Shown: positions 29,894-39,952, counted from the first letter of the stretch. The stretch is DNA of 64,000 bases from Patescibacteria group bacterium (GCA_038064575.1 JBBTST010000005.1:1382-65381); one strand, 5' to 3'. Program-made: numbers and translations. Notes: a model not told the origin generated them from the letters alone.

Positions 29894-32800
29894 TTTTTTT
29901 TTACTATTTCATTAATTCTAGCGTCTAGTGTTGCAACCGGATCTTTACCTATATTAAATCTGTTTATTCTTAAAAAGCTGTAACCGTAGCCTTCTAGAAC
30001 TTTTTGTCTATATATGTCTTCACTGTTCATGTAACTTATATAGTTTGAGGCATTCACATTTTCTAGTTGCGTAAAATGTTCCCTAAAACCATCATACTCA
30101 ACAATTATCTTTTTGTTTTTAAAAATTAGTAAGAAGTCGACTTTATATTCTGGATATGTATATTCTCTAGATAATTGTTTAAGATACTTACCTAAATCGA
30201 ATTGGGGTATAAATTCTATAGTATCCTTGTTGTCTTTATAAAACTTAGTCAAATAGAATATTTCTTGAATTTTAACTTCCATTGGGGAATTTGGATCTGT
30301 ACCTCCTATGATGGTGTTTTTTCCGTTTATCAGTTCATCTCTGTAGTGTATTAGTGCATTCCTAAGCTCACCTTTAAACTCCTCAATTGGTTTACTAAGC
30401 ACAAAATGAATACAATCTTTCGCTCTACTAAACCCTACATTCAGGCGCTGTGCTTTGACATTGTCCTTATTTTCATCAAACAGTACAGGAAATATCCAAT
30501 TAAGCATGTCCTTTTCTTTTGTTGCTACCATAGAATAGAAAATATAATCACGTTCTTCCCCCTGACATGTGTCGAATGTCATGATTTTCAATTTACGATC
30601 ACTAAACAACCATTCCCTTTCCTCTAGCTTGTTCAATACATCAAATAAAAGTGTCACTTGTTCTCTATGTGGAGTTATTATTCCAATAGTTTTAGTGAAG
30701 CCATCTGCCTTTAGTTGCTTAATTACATTAACTATATGCTTTATTTCCAGTTCATTTGTATTGCTATTTTTATCAAGTTTCCCATCATGTTTAATTACAT
30801 CAAACTTAATAACTTCGGTTAGTGGAACACCTCTAATTTTCATACTTTGCAACGTATTATGATAAAAGTATTTATCTGAATAAGATATTATTTCAGGGTA
30901 ACATCGAAAGTGTTTTTGTAATTGACACTGGTAGTTTCTAATAAAACGTGAAAATTTCAGTATTGAGTTCTTAATGTCAAAGTTATCTCTTACCTTTGTT
31001 TCCCAGCCCATCTTATCTTCTCCATTTATCTTTTCTGCTCTAAAAACCTCCTTTATACGTGTTTTATATTGCTGATTGGTTACAGTGCTTGCATTGCCCG
31101 CTTTTACATTCGAAAACTGCTTATCATCTCCTAAAACAATTACTTGTTTACCTCGAATTAGGGCAGGCAAGGCTTGAGATATACTCACTTGAGATGCTTC
31201 ATCGATAATAATTAGATCAAATAAATCTTTTTCTAACGGTATGTATTCAGCATAATCTCTTATTCCAGCTAAAATGCAGGGAAAAGCTTTTTTTAAATTT
31301 TTAAACAGTGCTATAGGGAATTCTTGTTTATTTTTAAGTATAGTTTTAAGTGTATTAACCTCCCCTGCATTATCTTGAGAATACTCGATTATTCTTTTGT
31401 CCAAGAAATAGGTCATTTGAGCAGTTATTAATTGCTCTACAGTCTCAATTCTAGTTATATAGTCATCCGCAGGTGCATTTGTAAAACTGTTTGTTAGCTT
31501 CGATTCTAGATGTTTATAATCAATGATTTCTCCTAATAATTCTTCTGACTTTTCCAACAGAAGAAAATCAAATTCATTTATGTTACCTTCAATATTTATA
31601 TTTAACTCTTTAGCCAGTCCTGGATGTAATTCTATAAATTCCTCCACATACTCAAAGTTTTTGGAAAGCTTAGCTAACACCAAACATGAATTACAATATT
31701 CTTTGATTCTTTCAGTATTGATATCATTTTTTATAACATCAGTGCTTAATTCCTTATCGATAATTTTAAGTCCTTCGTTCTCTAAATAAACAAAGCCGGC
31801 ATTTAACTCGCTTGAGATACGCTCTAAATTTAGTATGTCTACATAACAGAGCAATAATTTTGGATTAAGATTCTTAAGAGCATCAAAGTTAACAATTATA
31901 TTGTGTATTTCCTTTATATCTGTGAAAAACTCATCAAACGCATTAATATAATCAGAATTCTTGTAATTACTTAAAAGCTGAAAGACATTATCAAATGTTT
32001 CGCGTTTTCTACTTACAATCTTAGATTGAATAAAATAAAGTAGGTCATATAAGTATGTTATAGAGTCGAGTTTTTTTTCAGGATTCTCAATATTAAAGTA
32101 GTTAAATGTTTTCTTAAGCTCTCTTGTTAAATCATTAAGTTCACTCTTATTGAAAAAAAAGCCAAAAATAGGTTTACGCAAACTTTTAACATTCTTTATA
32201 TATTTATTAAGCGCATTCAGTGCTGTGTCTAGATCGATGTCAGGATCCACATATAAATCATGTAGCTTACCAAGATCGTTAGAATACTTTTGGTTAAACT
32301 TCAATGCGTTTTGAAAAAGATTCTGTACAAAAACTACGTCACCATAAACATATTCCAGTTCTGAAAACAAGTTACTTTTTAACCATTGTTTGTATAGAGG
32401 CCACTCACTAAGGGCTTTTAGAGAAATAATATGATTGAAGATAGCTTCGACCCGTAATATATGTTTTATAGATAATAAGTTACTTGCCTTATCCTTCCCC
32501 AATACAGGACCTAATTCTCTATAAGCATCATTTGTTTTCTTACCTTCTAGAGAACTAATGATTTGTTTTGAAGTTTCAACATTTTTTAAAAGTTCTTGTA
32601 GTTTTTCTGTATTCTTCTCATTTATAAAACTTTTGCTGTAATTGGCATTTGTGTGAAAAGACAGTTGTTCAAGTAGTTCTTTTAATTTTGGTAACTTTTC
32701 TAAACCTTCTAGGTCTTCGTTTTTAATTAGATCGTTTTCAAATGAAAGCTTATTTTCTAGTTCAAAGTACCTAATAATATCGTCAATACTAATTGCGTCA

Positions 32801-34551
32801 AAGTGCTTAATAGTTGTCTCTAAATCATTTTTTAGCTTAGTAAGTAAGAGATCTTTCTGTTGTACGGTCGATTCTTGTGTCTTTTTATATGCTAGATAAT
32901 GATTCTTTATTTTTTGAATTGTCTGACCTTGGACAATTTTATAAAACTTGTTTCCGGACCCACCTAATCTTAAAATGGGATTCTGAAAATCCTCTTCGTG
33001 CCTAATCTTATTTAATGTCCCCGCAATTTTTTCCTCTACAACATCTAAAGCCTCTTTTTTATCGGAAAGTACAAGGACTGATTTTTCCTCTAGTAAAGCT
33101 TTACATATGATTGCTGTGATTGTGTGACTTTTACCAGTTCCTGGGGGGCCTTCAAGTATCATAAATTTACAATCGGGTTTTTGCAGTGCCATCAATACTT
33201 GTTTCTGCTCATCATTAAGTGGAATTGGACTTTCAACAATAAGCTTAGTAGAGCAGCTCAGTTCCTGCCATTCTGTATCAATCTCATCAATAAAAGATTT
33301 CGGATTTTCCTTTATAAACCCATCTAATAAATGCGTGAAGTCTTCTATAAGTTCACCATCATCGTTTAGTATTTTCTCATAATCATTAATGAGTGCTTCA
33401 TCAGATTTGTCAAAAAGAAATATATAACATTTATTAGACAACCCTGTAATTAAACTTAGTCCTTTTTGCAATCTGGCATCCTGTATATCTATTGTCAGAC
33501 CTAACTCTAAAAAGTTTTCTATTTTTCTTACTATTGTTGTTACTTTATCAAAAAAATCATCTTCACTATTAATATAAATAACTCTTTCAAAATCTACGGC
33601 AAGTGTAGACTTTCTGTTTGATTGGCGATTGAATTCCTGCACTACAAAATCTAAACCTTGTGAATTTACATATATTCTATGTTCAAAATTTAATATAAAT
33701 CTGTCCTCATCTTTTTCTACATGTATAGGCATATAGAATAGTGGAAAAGTTTCATTACCCAAAGATAGCTCAAAGAAATAAAAGTAAATTTCCGTTTTAT
33801 CTATCAATTTACCGTTCCTATATATTTGATATAGCTCGGAAAATAAATCGCTTACAGCACTATTTTCGAAAAACATTGTTAGCTTTGCCTTCAGACTTTC
33901 CAAAGGTATGATCTCTTCTAAAGCGCTAACGATATCGAAATCAACAGCACCTTCTTTTACTTCAAATATTTTCTGTAGTAGATCAGTTAATTGATTTTCT
34001 ACATCGCCAAAAAGAGTATCTATGATATCTGTCTCAAGCTGAAATTTACTGTTTTCGTCCGCCAAGCCGAGATTTTCTAGTGGTTTATCTAAATCTTGTA
34101 AAAATGGGTAGATTAATACTTTCGAATAAGAGCTTTTAATTGAACTGATGCCTTCTTCCAAATACTGATCATACGAATCATTGTACTTAGTTTTGCAGTC
34201 ATAAATGCGTTTTTCTATCTCTATATGTGCCTGAGTGATATCTTTGCTTTTTAATGCTTCAACTCTAGAAATTATTAGTTTTAATAGTGATGTTGGAATT
34301 TTAGTAGTATATTCATTTTTTTTAACTACTAAAGATTGATTTTCAAAAGATTTGGCAAATTGCTTGAGAAGAGCCTGCTTAAAATCAATAAATTTATCTA
34401 AATCTACTGCGACTTTCAAACCATTGTTTGTTTTCTGTATTGTATTTCTTTTTGGCACTCTTCTCTTCTTGAAGTCAGTTTCAAGAAAGTTCATAAAGTA
34501 TTTTGCAACCTCTTTAACAAAGTTGTTTGGTTCAGTGACTGCTTTTGCCAT
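29890..34551 (-). CDS. SF1 (UPF1/DNA2-like) helicase with C-terminal Vsr/PD-(D/E)xK-like nuclease
   Basis: PLNDEQ, EGPPGTGKSHT, IIDEASQ, LGDDKQ, HFRC, QGEERD, RLNVGFSRAK; C-terminal KVDF...VEYDG..H. Confidence 0.9.
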   Translation of the reverse strand: MAKAVTEPNNFVKEVAKYFMNFLETDFKKRRVPKRNTIQKTNNGLKVAVDLDKFIDFKQALLKQFAKSFENQSLVVKKNEYTTKIPTSLLKLIISRVEALKSKDITQAHIEIEKRIYDCKTKYNDSYDQYLEEGISSIKSSYSKVLIYPFLQDLDKPLENLGLADENSKFQLETDIIDTLFGDVENQLTDLLQKIFEVKEGAVDFDIVSALEEIIPLESLKAKLTMFFENSAVSDLFSELYQIYRNGKLIDKTEIYFYFFELSLGNETFPLFYMPIHVEKDEDRFILNFEHRIYVNSQGLDFVVQEFNRQSNRKSTLAVDFERVIYINSEDDFFDKVTTIVRKIENFLELGLTIDIQDARLQKGLSLITGLSNKCYIFLFDKSDEALINDYEKILNDDGELIEDFTHLLDGFIKENPKSFIDEIDTEWQELSCSTKLIVESPIPLNDEQKQVLMALQKPDCKFMILEGPPGTGKSHTITAIICKALLEEKSVLVLSDKKEALDVVEEKIAGTLNKIRHEEDFQNPILRLGGSGNKFYKIVQGQTIQKIKNHYLAYKKTQESTVQQKDLLLTKLKNDLETTIKHFDAISIDDIIRYFELENKLSFENDLIKNEDLEGLEKLPKLKELLEQLSFHTNANYSKSFINEKNTEKLQELLKNVETSKQIISSLEGKKTNDAYRELGPVLGKDKASNLLSIKHILRVEAIFNHIISLKALSEWPLYKQWLKSNLFSELEYVYGDVVFVQNLFQNALKFNQKYSNDLGKLHDLYVDPDIDLDTALNALNKYIKNVKSLRKPIFGFFFNKSELNDLTRELKKTFNYFNIENPEKKLDSITYLYDLLYFIQSKIVSRKRETFDNVFQLLSNYKNSDYINAFDEFFTDIKEIHNIIVNFDALKNLNPKLLLCYVDILNLERISSELNAGFVYLENEGLKIIDKELSTDVIKNDINTERIKEYCNSCLVLAKLSKNFEYVEEFIELHPGLAKELNINIEGNINEFDFLLLEKSEELLGEIIDYKHLESKLTNSFTNAPADDYITRIETVEQLITAQMTYFLDKRIIEYSQDNAGEVNTLKTILKNKQEFPIALFKNLKKAFPCILAGIRDYAEYIPLEKDLFDLIIIDEASQVSISQALPALIRGKQVIVLGDDKQFSNVKAGNASTVTNQQYKTRIKEVFRAEKINGEDKMGWETKVRDNFDIKNSILKFSRFIRNYQCQLQKHFRCYPEIISYSDKYFYHNTLQSMKIRGVPLTEVIKFDVIKHDGKLDKNSNTNELEIKHIVNVIKQLKADGFTKTIGIITPHREQVTLLFDVLNKLEEREWLFSDRKLKIMTFDTCQGEERDYIFYSMVATKEKDMLNWIFPVLFDENKDNVKAQRLNVGFSRAKDCIHFVLSKPIEEFKGELRNALIHYRDELINGKNTIIGGTDPNSPMEVKIQEIFYLTKFYKDNKDTIEFIPQFDLGKYLKQLSREYTYPEYKVDFLLIFKNKKIIVEYDGFREHFTQLENVNASNYISYMNSEDIYRQKVLEGYGYSFLRINRFNIGKDPVATLDARINEIVKKK

Positions 34552-34815
34552 ACAGTTATTTTATCACTACTACAACATTTGGATACTATAGTATAGTAGA
34601 CACTTTTCTACACTTATCAACAGATATGCTGTCACAACAACGAATAGTGCTTGACCTGTGATTTTATTAATGCTAATTTGTATTTAGTTCTTTTGGAACT
34701 TGCGTTTGGGCGCGCACTAAAAATCCCAACTTTATAGATAAACAATCGCCTATAACAGGCACGTAGATACCACTTATAGATAACTAAGTTAATAAATTTA
34801 ATTAATGGAGGTCAT

Positions 34816-36168
34816 ATGACTAACAAACTTAGTGGTATCAATGATGCCAAGCTACAAATATTTAATTTGAACATAAAGGATATTAATCCTTCCGCCTATA
34901 ACCCTCGAAAATGGGATAAGTATAAAATTGACCAATTAACCAAAAGTATTACTGACTTTGGTGTTGTAGATCCTTTAGTAATTAATTCCGCCGAAAACAG
35001 AAAGAATATAGTTATTGGCGGTCATTTTAGACTTAAAGTCTTAAAAGAAATGGGATATATCGAAGTCCCATGTGTGTATGTAAATATCCCTGAGATTGAA
35101 CGTGAAAAAGAATTAAATTTAAGACTAAACAAAGCCGTTGGTGATTGGGATTTCAAACTTCTGGCTGAGTTTGATACATCCCTTTTATCAAACGTTGGTT
35201 TTTCAAGCGAAGAGTTAGATCAAATATTTGATATTGATGATTCACCAGAGCAATTTGATTTAGAAAAAGAACTTAATAAACTAAACATTAAAAATATCAC
35301 TATTAAAAAAGGCGATGTAATTTCTCTTGGAAATAGTAAATTAATGTGTGGGGATTCTACAGTCGAGGAGGATATGTTAAAGCTGATGAATGGAGAGAAA
35401 GCAGACATGTGCTTCACAGACCCACCCTATCTATTGGATTATTTAAACGGAAAAAAGAAAGGTGGTAAAGCAACAACAGGATTTGGAGCCAAAAGAAATC
35501 GCCGTTATCTCGAAACAGACACATTACCAGATGACTTCACAGAGAAATGGATGGCGAACATTAATAAAATCCAAAACGATAGTTTCTCCATAATAGTCTA
35601 CGAAAATTGGAAGAACATAAGAACTATTTGGGGAGAACTTGAGAAATATTGGAAGGTAAAAAACATGATTGTTTGGAGATTACCCAACAGGGTGCAGGGT
35701 TTTTCTGGTAAATATAGATTCTTTTCCAAACATGATATTGCTATGGTTGGAGCTTCACCTAACACAGATATTGAGTTCAACATGGAAACAGAGCCAGATG
35801 GTTTGCAGGAGGAATATGAAACAGCTCTTTATGCGATATCAGGTAAACCACAATGGGAAAGCTATAAAAAAGGCAAGAAGTATCAGCCAACAGACTTTAT
35901 TGATTACAAAGCCTCCGATGAAAAGAGCTCTGGGCAAGGAGTAGTATTTGGTACTAAGCCAATCGAAATATTAATACCATACATAAAAGTATTAACTAGA
36001 AGAAATGAATTAATCGTTGAACCTTTTGGTGGTAGTGGATCTACTCTTATTGCAGCAACAAAAATGAGACGTAGGTGTTATGTAATGGAGAAATCTCCTG
36101 TTTATGCTGAAGTTATTGTTAAAAGATGGGAGAAGTTAACTGGTTTAAAGGCGAAAGTTAATGCCTAA
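34816..36168 (+). CDS. ParB/Srx-domain DNA amino-methyltransferase (N6A/N4C)
   Basis: YNPRK...FGVVDPL...IGGHFRL; FTDPPY; TKP; EPFGGSGSTLIAA; SD GGAGG. Confidence 0.92.
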   Translation: MTNKLSGINDAKLQIFNLNIKDINPSAYNPRKWDKYKIDQLTKSITDFGVVDPLVINSAENRKNIVIGGHFRLKVLKEMGYIEVPCVYVNIPEIEREKELNLRLNKAVGDWDFKLLAEFDTSLLSNVGFSSEELDQIFDIDDSPEQFDLEKELNKLNIKNITIKKGDVISLGNSKLMCGDSTVEEDMLKLMNGEKADMCFTDPPYLLDYLNGKKKGGKATTGFGAKRNRRYLETDTLPDDFTEKWMANINKIQNDSFSIIVYENWKNIRTIWGELEKYWKVKNMIVWRLPNRVQGFSGKYRFFSKHDIAMVGASPNTDIEFNMETEPDGLQEEYETALYAISGKPQWESYKKGKKYQPTDFIDYKASDEKSSGQGVVFGTKPIEILIPYIKVLTRRNELIVEPFGGSGSTLIAATKMRRRCYVMEKSPVYAEVIVKRWEKLTGLKAKVNA

Positions 36169-36538
36169 GCGTACTAAATATGTTGAGGATAAAATACAGG
36201 AGGATAAGGACAGACTCCTAGCTGAATTGGAAAAAATGCCTGTAGTTGAGGTAGCTTGTAAAAGAACTGGTATATGTAGAGCTACCTACTATCGTTGGAT
36301 TAATGAAGACAAGGCTTTTAGCCAATCAGCACGTATAGCTCAAATAGAAGGTATTAAGTTAATAAATGACGCAATGGAATCTACACTAATTTCGTTAGCT
36401 TTAGAAAATAGAAGCATGGGTGCTATCAGGTTTTGGCTTGAAAATAGACACGCTGATTACAAGCAAAACAAAGAGCTAGAGAGGTCTAGGAAGCTGAAGA
36501 ATAATTTTACTAAGCTATCCAGACCGGATATCTATTAG
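36161..36538 (+). CDS. HTH protein, terminase-small-subunit-like
   Basis: VEVACKRTGICRATYYRWINED, AIRFWLENR; position after a ParB-methylase. Confidence 0.7.
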   Translation: MPKRTKYVEDKIQEDKDRLLAELEKMPVVEVACKRTGICRATYYRWINEDKAFSQSARIAQIEGIKLINDAMESTLISLALENRSMGAIRFWLENRHADYKQNKELERSRKLKNNFTKLSRPDIY

Positions 36539-36553
36539 TAGATAGCGTTATTT

Positions 36554-36562
36554 TGTTATAAT
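36554..36562 (+). promoter_or_regulatory. Extended -10 promoter upstream of the structured RNA
   Basis: TGTTATAAT. Confidence 0.55.
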
Positions 36563-36576
36563 CACATTAGAAAAAT

Positions 36577-36700
36577 TAACAGCCGCGAAAAAAAATCCAC
36601 TGTAAAAAGTGGTGCATGGAACCTGAAAAGGGGCTACCCTATTGGGTTTCATGCTTCGCGGCTGTTACTACAAGGGTAGTCCCTTTTTGTTTGTGGTAAC
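36577..36700 (+). ncRNA. Putative structured RNA (3-way junction plus pseudoknot or switch)
   Basis: 13-bp perfect outer stem, two inner hairpins, and a 15-nt loop complementary to 36673-36687. Confidence 0.65.
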
Positions 36701-36782
36701 AATTAGCGAACTCATGCAAAACCTTGCATATATACCTTTGTAGCGTCATCAATGTCGCAGTAATAATTTATAGGAGGTATAT

Positions 36783-37325
36783 ATGTATTTATACGAGGCT
36801 AAAAAATTTAATGTTAAGTACATTACAGGTATAGGAGCAGTCACTAAGCCTACAGATAGTTATTTGTTATCTATAGAAAGTGAAGGAATAAAACTTTGGC
36901 GTCTTCTATCACCAACAGTATTAATAAAATGGACAGATATTCAGAAAATTTCCTCAGAAACACAAAATGAAGCATCCAAGTCCTTATCAATGGGCAAAGC
37001 TGCAGTAGGTTTAGTATTACTGGGACCGCTCGGTGCCTTAATAGGAGCAGGAATGGGGTCTAAAAAGCCACTCTTTGTTTCTATTTCTTACAAAGACTCG
37101 TATGGAGAAATTTGCGAGTGCTTGGTGCAAACTAAACAAGCACATGAAATAGCTACGAAACTAAACAACGAGAGAAAAGAATATTATAGAAAAAACAATA
37201 TTCCACTAACAACTGAAACGGTTTCAAATTTAGATCAGCTTGAAAAGCTAGCAGAACTTAAAGATAAAGGTGTTATTTCTTCGGATGAGTTTGAGGCTAA
37301 GAAGAAACAATTACTAGACTTGTAA
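36783..37325 (+). CDS. SHOCT-domain protein
   Basis: C-terminal LDQLEKLAELKDKGVISSDEFEAKKKQLL; glycine zipper GLVLLGPLGALIGAG; SD AGGAGG. Confidence 0.88.
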   Translation: MYLYEAKKFNVKYITGIGAVTKPTDSYLLSIESEGIKLWRLLSPTVLIKWTDIQKISSETQNEASKSLSMGKAAVGLVLLGPLGALIGAGMGSKKPLFVSISYKDSYGEICECLVQTKQAHEIATKLNNERKEYYRKNNIPLTTETVSNLDQLEKLAELKDKGVISSDEFEAKKKQLLDL

Positions 37326-38111
37326 ATTTCTAGCTAATCTTTCTGAGTCAGTGGTTTCTTTTTGTTTTATTTGAGCATAAATTTCCTGTTTTTTCTTTTC
37401 CCTGTCGGCAATGGCGATTTCATGCTCGATGATCCGATAACCTTGTAGAGCTTTTTTAAAAGCAGTTCTATCACTTTCTCTTTCTAACAAAAGTACTATG
37501 TATGCATTTAAAGATATATTTTCATCTAATGCGATATTCTTAAGAAAACTAGCTAACCCTTCCATATTTTCTGCTAAGTGCTCAAAATTTTTCACAGCAA
37601 CATTAATACCTGAAAGTAATGCAGTATTTAGACTATCTAATAACCTATTAATAGTTTCCGTATCTGTATTTATTCGCTCAATTGTTAACCAGTAGTCAGA
37701 CACTTCGTTTATTAGATTTATATCACCTAAATCTAGTTCTATGTCCTCAAGAATTTTAAGCTTTGGAAATCTATGAGCTGGCATTACTGGAGGATTCTGT
37801 CTTAGTTTCTGTACTGAACTTTCAAGAGAATATACAAGCCTACTGATGTTATCCTGCTGTTTTACAATTGTATATTCAACCCTTACCAAGGCATCATGAT
37901 GCCTTTTATATCTAGTCCGCCTTTTGTCTTGTTCACTGGAAAGTCTTTCAAACAAAAATGCAAAGAATGCTCCCGAAAAGCCTCCTAAAAAAGCAATCCA
38001 TGCTTCTCTGGAAAAGTTTTGATTAGTCTGATTAATAAGGGTTTCTAGATTAGATATTAGTTTATCCATATCTTGAATGTTTATTTGCTGTTGTGACTGA
38101 AACCAATGCAT
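37314..38111 (-). CDS. Hypothetical protein with N-terminal TM
   Basis: 265-aa ORF, AFLGGFSGAFFAFLF; start uncertain. Confidence 0.65.
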   Translation of the reverse strand: MHWFQSQQQINIQDMDKLISNLETLINQTNQNFSREAWIAFLGGFSGAFFAFLFERLSSEQDKRRTRYKRHHDALVRVEYTIVKQQDNISRLVYSLESSVQKLRQNPPVMPAHRFPKLKILEDIELDLGDINLINEVSDYWLTIERINTDTETINRLLDSLNTALLSGINVAVKNFEHLAENMEGLASFLKNIALDENISLNAYIVLLLERESDRTAFKKALQGYRIIEHEIAIADREKKKQEIYAQIKQKETTDSERLARNLQV

Positions 38112-38171
38112 GCGAGGATTTTACCACTACCTATGGACTTTCTTAAGTTATTGCGTCATCCATTGGTATAG

Positions 38172-39467
38172 ATGACGCAGAATACAATCTCGCCAAAATA
38201 CTGTTTATACGCTCGTAAAAGCTCCGAATCGGACGAGAGGCAAGCCATGTCAATCGATTCACAAATCAAGGAAATGACGGCACTAGCCGAAAAAGAAGGT
38301 ATAGAAATAGTAGATATAAAGCAGGAAAGCCATTCGGCAAAGATTTCAGGTTCCAGACCACTATTTCTAGAAATGATAAAGGAGCTAAACTACGGAAAGT
38401 ACAATGCTATTCTAACCTGGGCACCTGATAGGTTAAGCAGAAACGCTGGGGATTTAGGCTCACTAGTAGACCTTATGGACAGGGTTAAGCTCTTACATAT
38501 AAGGACTATATCTCAATCTTTTTCAAACAATCCAAACGAAAAGTTTCTACTGATGATTCTCTGCTCACAAGCAAAGCTTGAAAATGACAACAGAGGTTTA
38601 AATGTCAAAAGAGGTATAAGAACAAAATGTGAGATGGGCTGGCGACCCTGCCCTGCTCCTATTGGTTATATCAACTATTCTCATGGCGGAACTAAAAAGG
38701 TAATGGTAAACAAAGAGGTAGCCCCATTAGTAAAAGAACTTTTCGATTTAGTAGCTACGAAAAAGTACAGCGGTAGGGACATAAAAAAGTATCTGGATAA
38801 AGATGGAAGATTAAACAAAGCTACTGGAAAGAAAATACCATTAAGCATGATTTACAGAATGCTAAAAACACCTTTCTACTACGGTGAGTTCCAATATCCA
38901 GAAGGTGATGGCCCTTGGTATAAAGGTGCTCACGAACCAATTATTCCAAAATGGCTCTTTGATAAAGTCCAACAAAAGCTGGTAGTACCTAGAAAGTCTA
39001 AGTGGGGCGCTAAAGACTTTTTATTTAAGAATGTTTTCAGGTGCGCTTACTGCGGAGCAACCATAGTAGGAGAAGAAAAATTCAAGATGCTTAAAGTAGG
39101 CCAGAAACGAACTTATATTTACTATCACTGCACAAAACAAGTAGATGCAGAGTGTCCCGAAATGTATGTAGCAGAAAACATACTAATTGGATCCTTGATT
39201 AGCTACATACAGCTTATTGAAGTAAAAAAGCCAGACACATTACAACTAACAAATGAAGTAAAAAAGAGCATGAGGAAGTTTTCAGGTCTAAGAGCGCATT
39301 TACTAACTGAACAAAATGTAACGTTACCTGCAGAGTTAACATTTACTGAATACCTAAAATACATTATTTACAACGGAACGGATACTGAGAAACACGAAGT
39401 AATTGAATCACTTCCAAAACCACTATATATACATAATGGCACTATTTATTCACATCCTTTAGGATAA
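38172..39467 (+). CDS. Large serine recombinase (resolvase + recombinase + zinc ribbon)
   Basis: YCLYARKSSE, SIDSQ, DRLSRN, APIGY, FYYG, HEPII, CAYCG, YYHC. Confidence 0.95.
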   Translation: MTQNTISPKYCLYARKSSESDERQAMSIDSQIKEMTALAEKEGIEIVDIKQESHSAKISGSRPLFLEMIKELNYGKYNAILTWAPDRLSRNAGDLGSLVDLMDRVKLLHIRTISQSFSNNPNEKFLLMILCSQAKLENDNRGLNVKRGIRTKCEMGWRPCPAPIGYINYSHGGTKKVMVNKEVAPLVKELFDLVATKKYSGRDIKKYLDKDGRLNKATGKKIPLSMIYRMLKTPFYYGEFQYPEGDGPWYKGAHEPIIPKWLFDKVQQKLVVPRKSKWGAKDFLFKNVFRCAYCGATIVGEEKFKMLKVGQKRTYIYYHCTKQVDAECPEMYVAENILIGSLISYIQLIEVKKPDTLQLTNEVKKSMRKFSGLRAHLLTEQNVTLPAELTFTEYLKYIIYNGTDTEKHEVIESLPKPLYIHNGTIYSHPLG

Positions 39468-39484
39468 AAAGTTATACTGTTAGC

Positions 39485-39952
39485 ATGGAATATAAATTAA
39501 CCCCAGAGATAATTACGTTGCACAGATATTTTATTTGGGCGGACAGAATGCGTGTGCATTTTGATGAAGTTTTAAGTAATAATAAAAATACAACAACTAT
39601 AGAAACTGAAGAATTTATAGAGAAGAAAAAAGGTATTGATACATTCTTATACATGTCCTTATGGTACGGAACATTTTATGTACTTATTGAGGGTTGGATT
39701 GAACTAGGATTGTCTGACCCAGAAATAGATACATTTTTAAAATCTCCAAACGTTAATTTACTAAGACGTTATAGGAATGGAGCATTTCATTTTCAAAAAG
39801 ATTATTTCGACAAACACTTCACAGAATTGATGACTGAAGGTGAAGACTTTGCAAATTGGTCACGAGACCTACGAGATCACATTAGTAGATGGTTTTTAGA
39901 CATTCATAGGCAATCGAAAGAGGAACAGGGACTCGAACCGTCAAGCACATGA
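39485..39952 (+). CDS. Hypothetical protein, HEPN-like
   Basis: Helical 155-aa ORF with an RxxxxH motif (RNGAFH). Confidence 0.55.
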   Translation: MEYKLTPEIITLHRYFIWADRMRVHFDEVLSNNKNTTTIETEEFIEKKKGIDTFLYMSLWYGTFYVLIEGWIELGLSDPEIDTFLKSPNVNLLRRYRNGAFHFQKDYFDKHFTELMTEGEDFANWSRDLRDHISRWFLDIHRQSKEEQGLEPSST

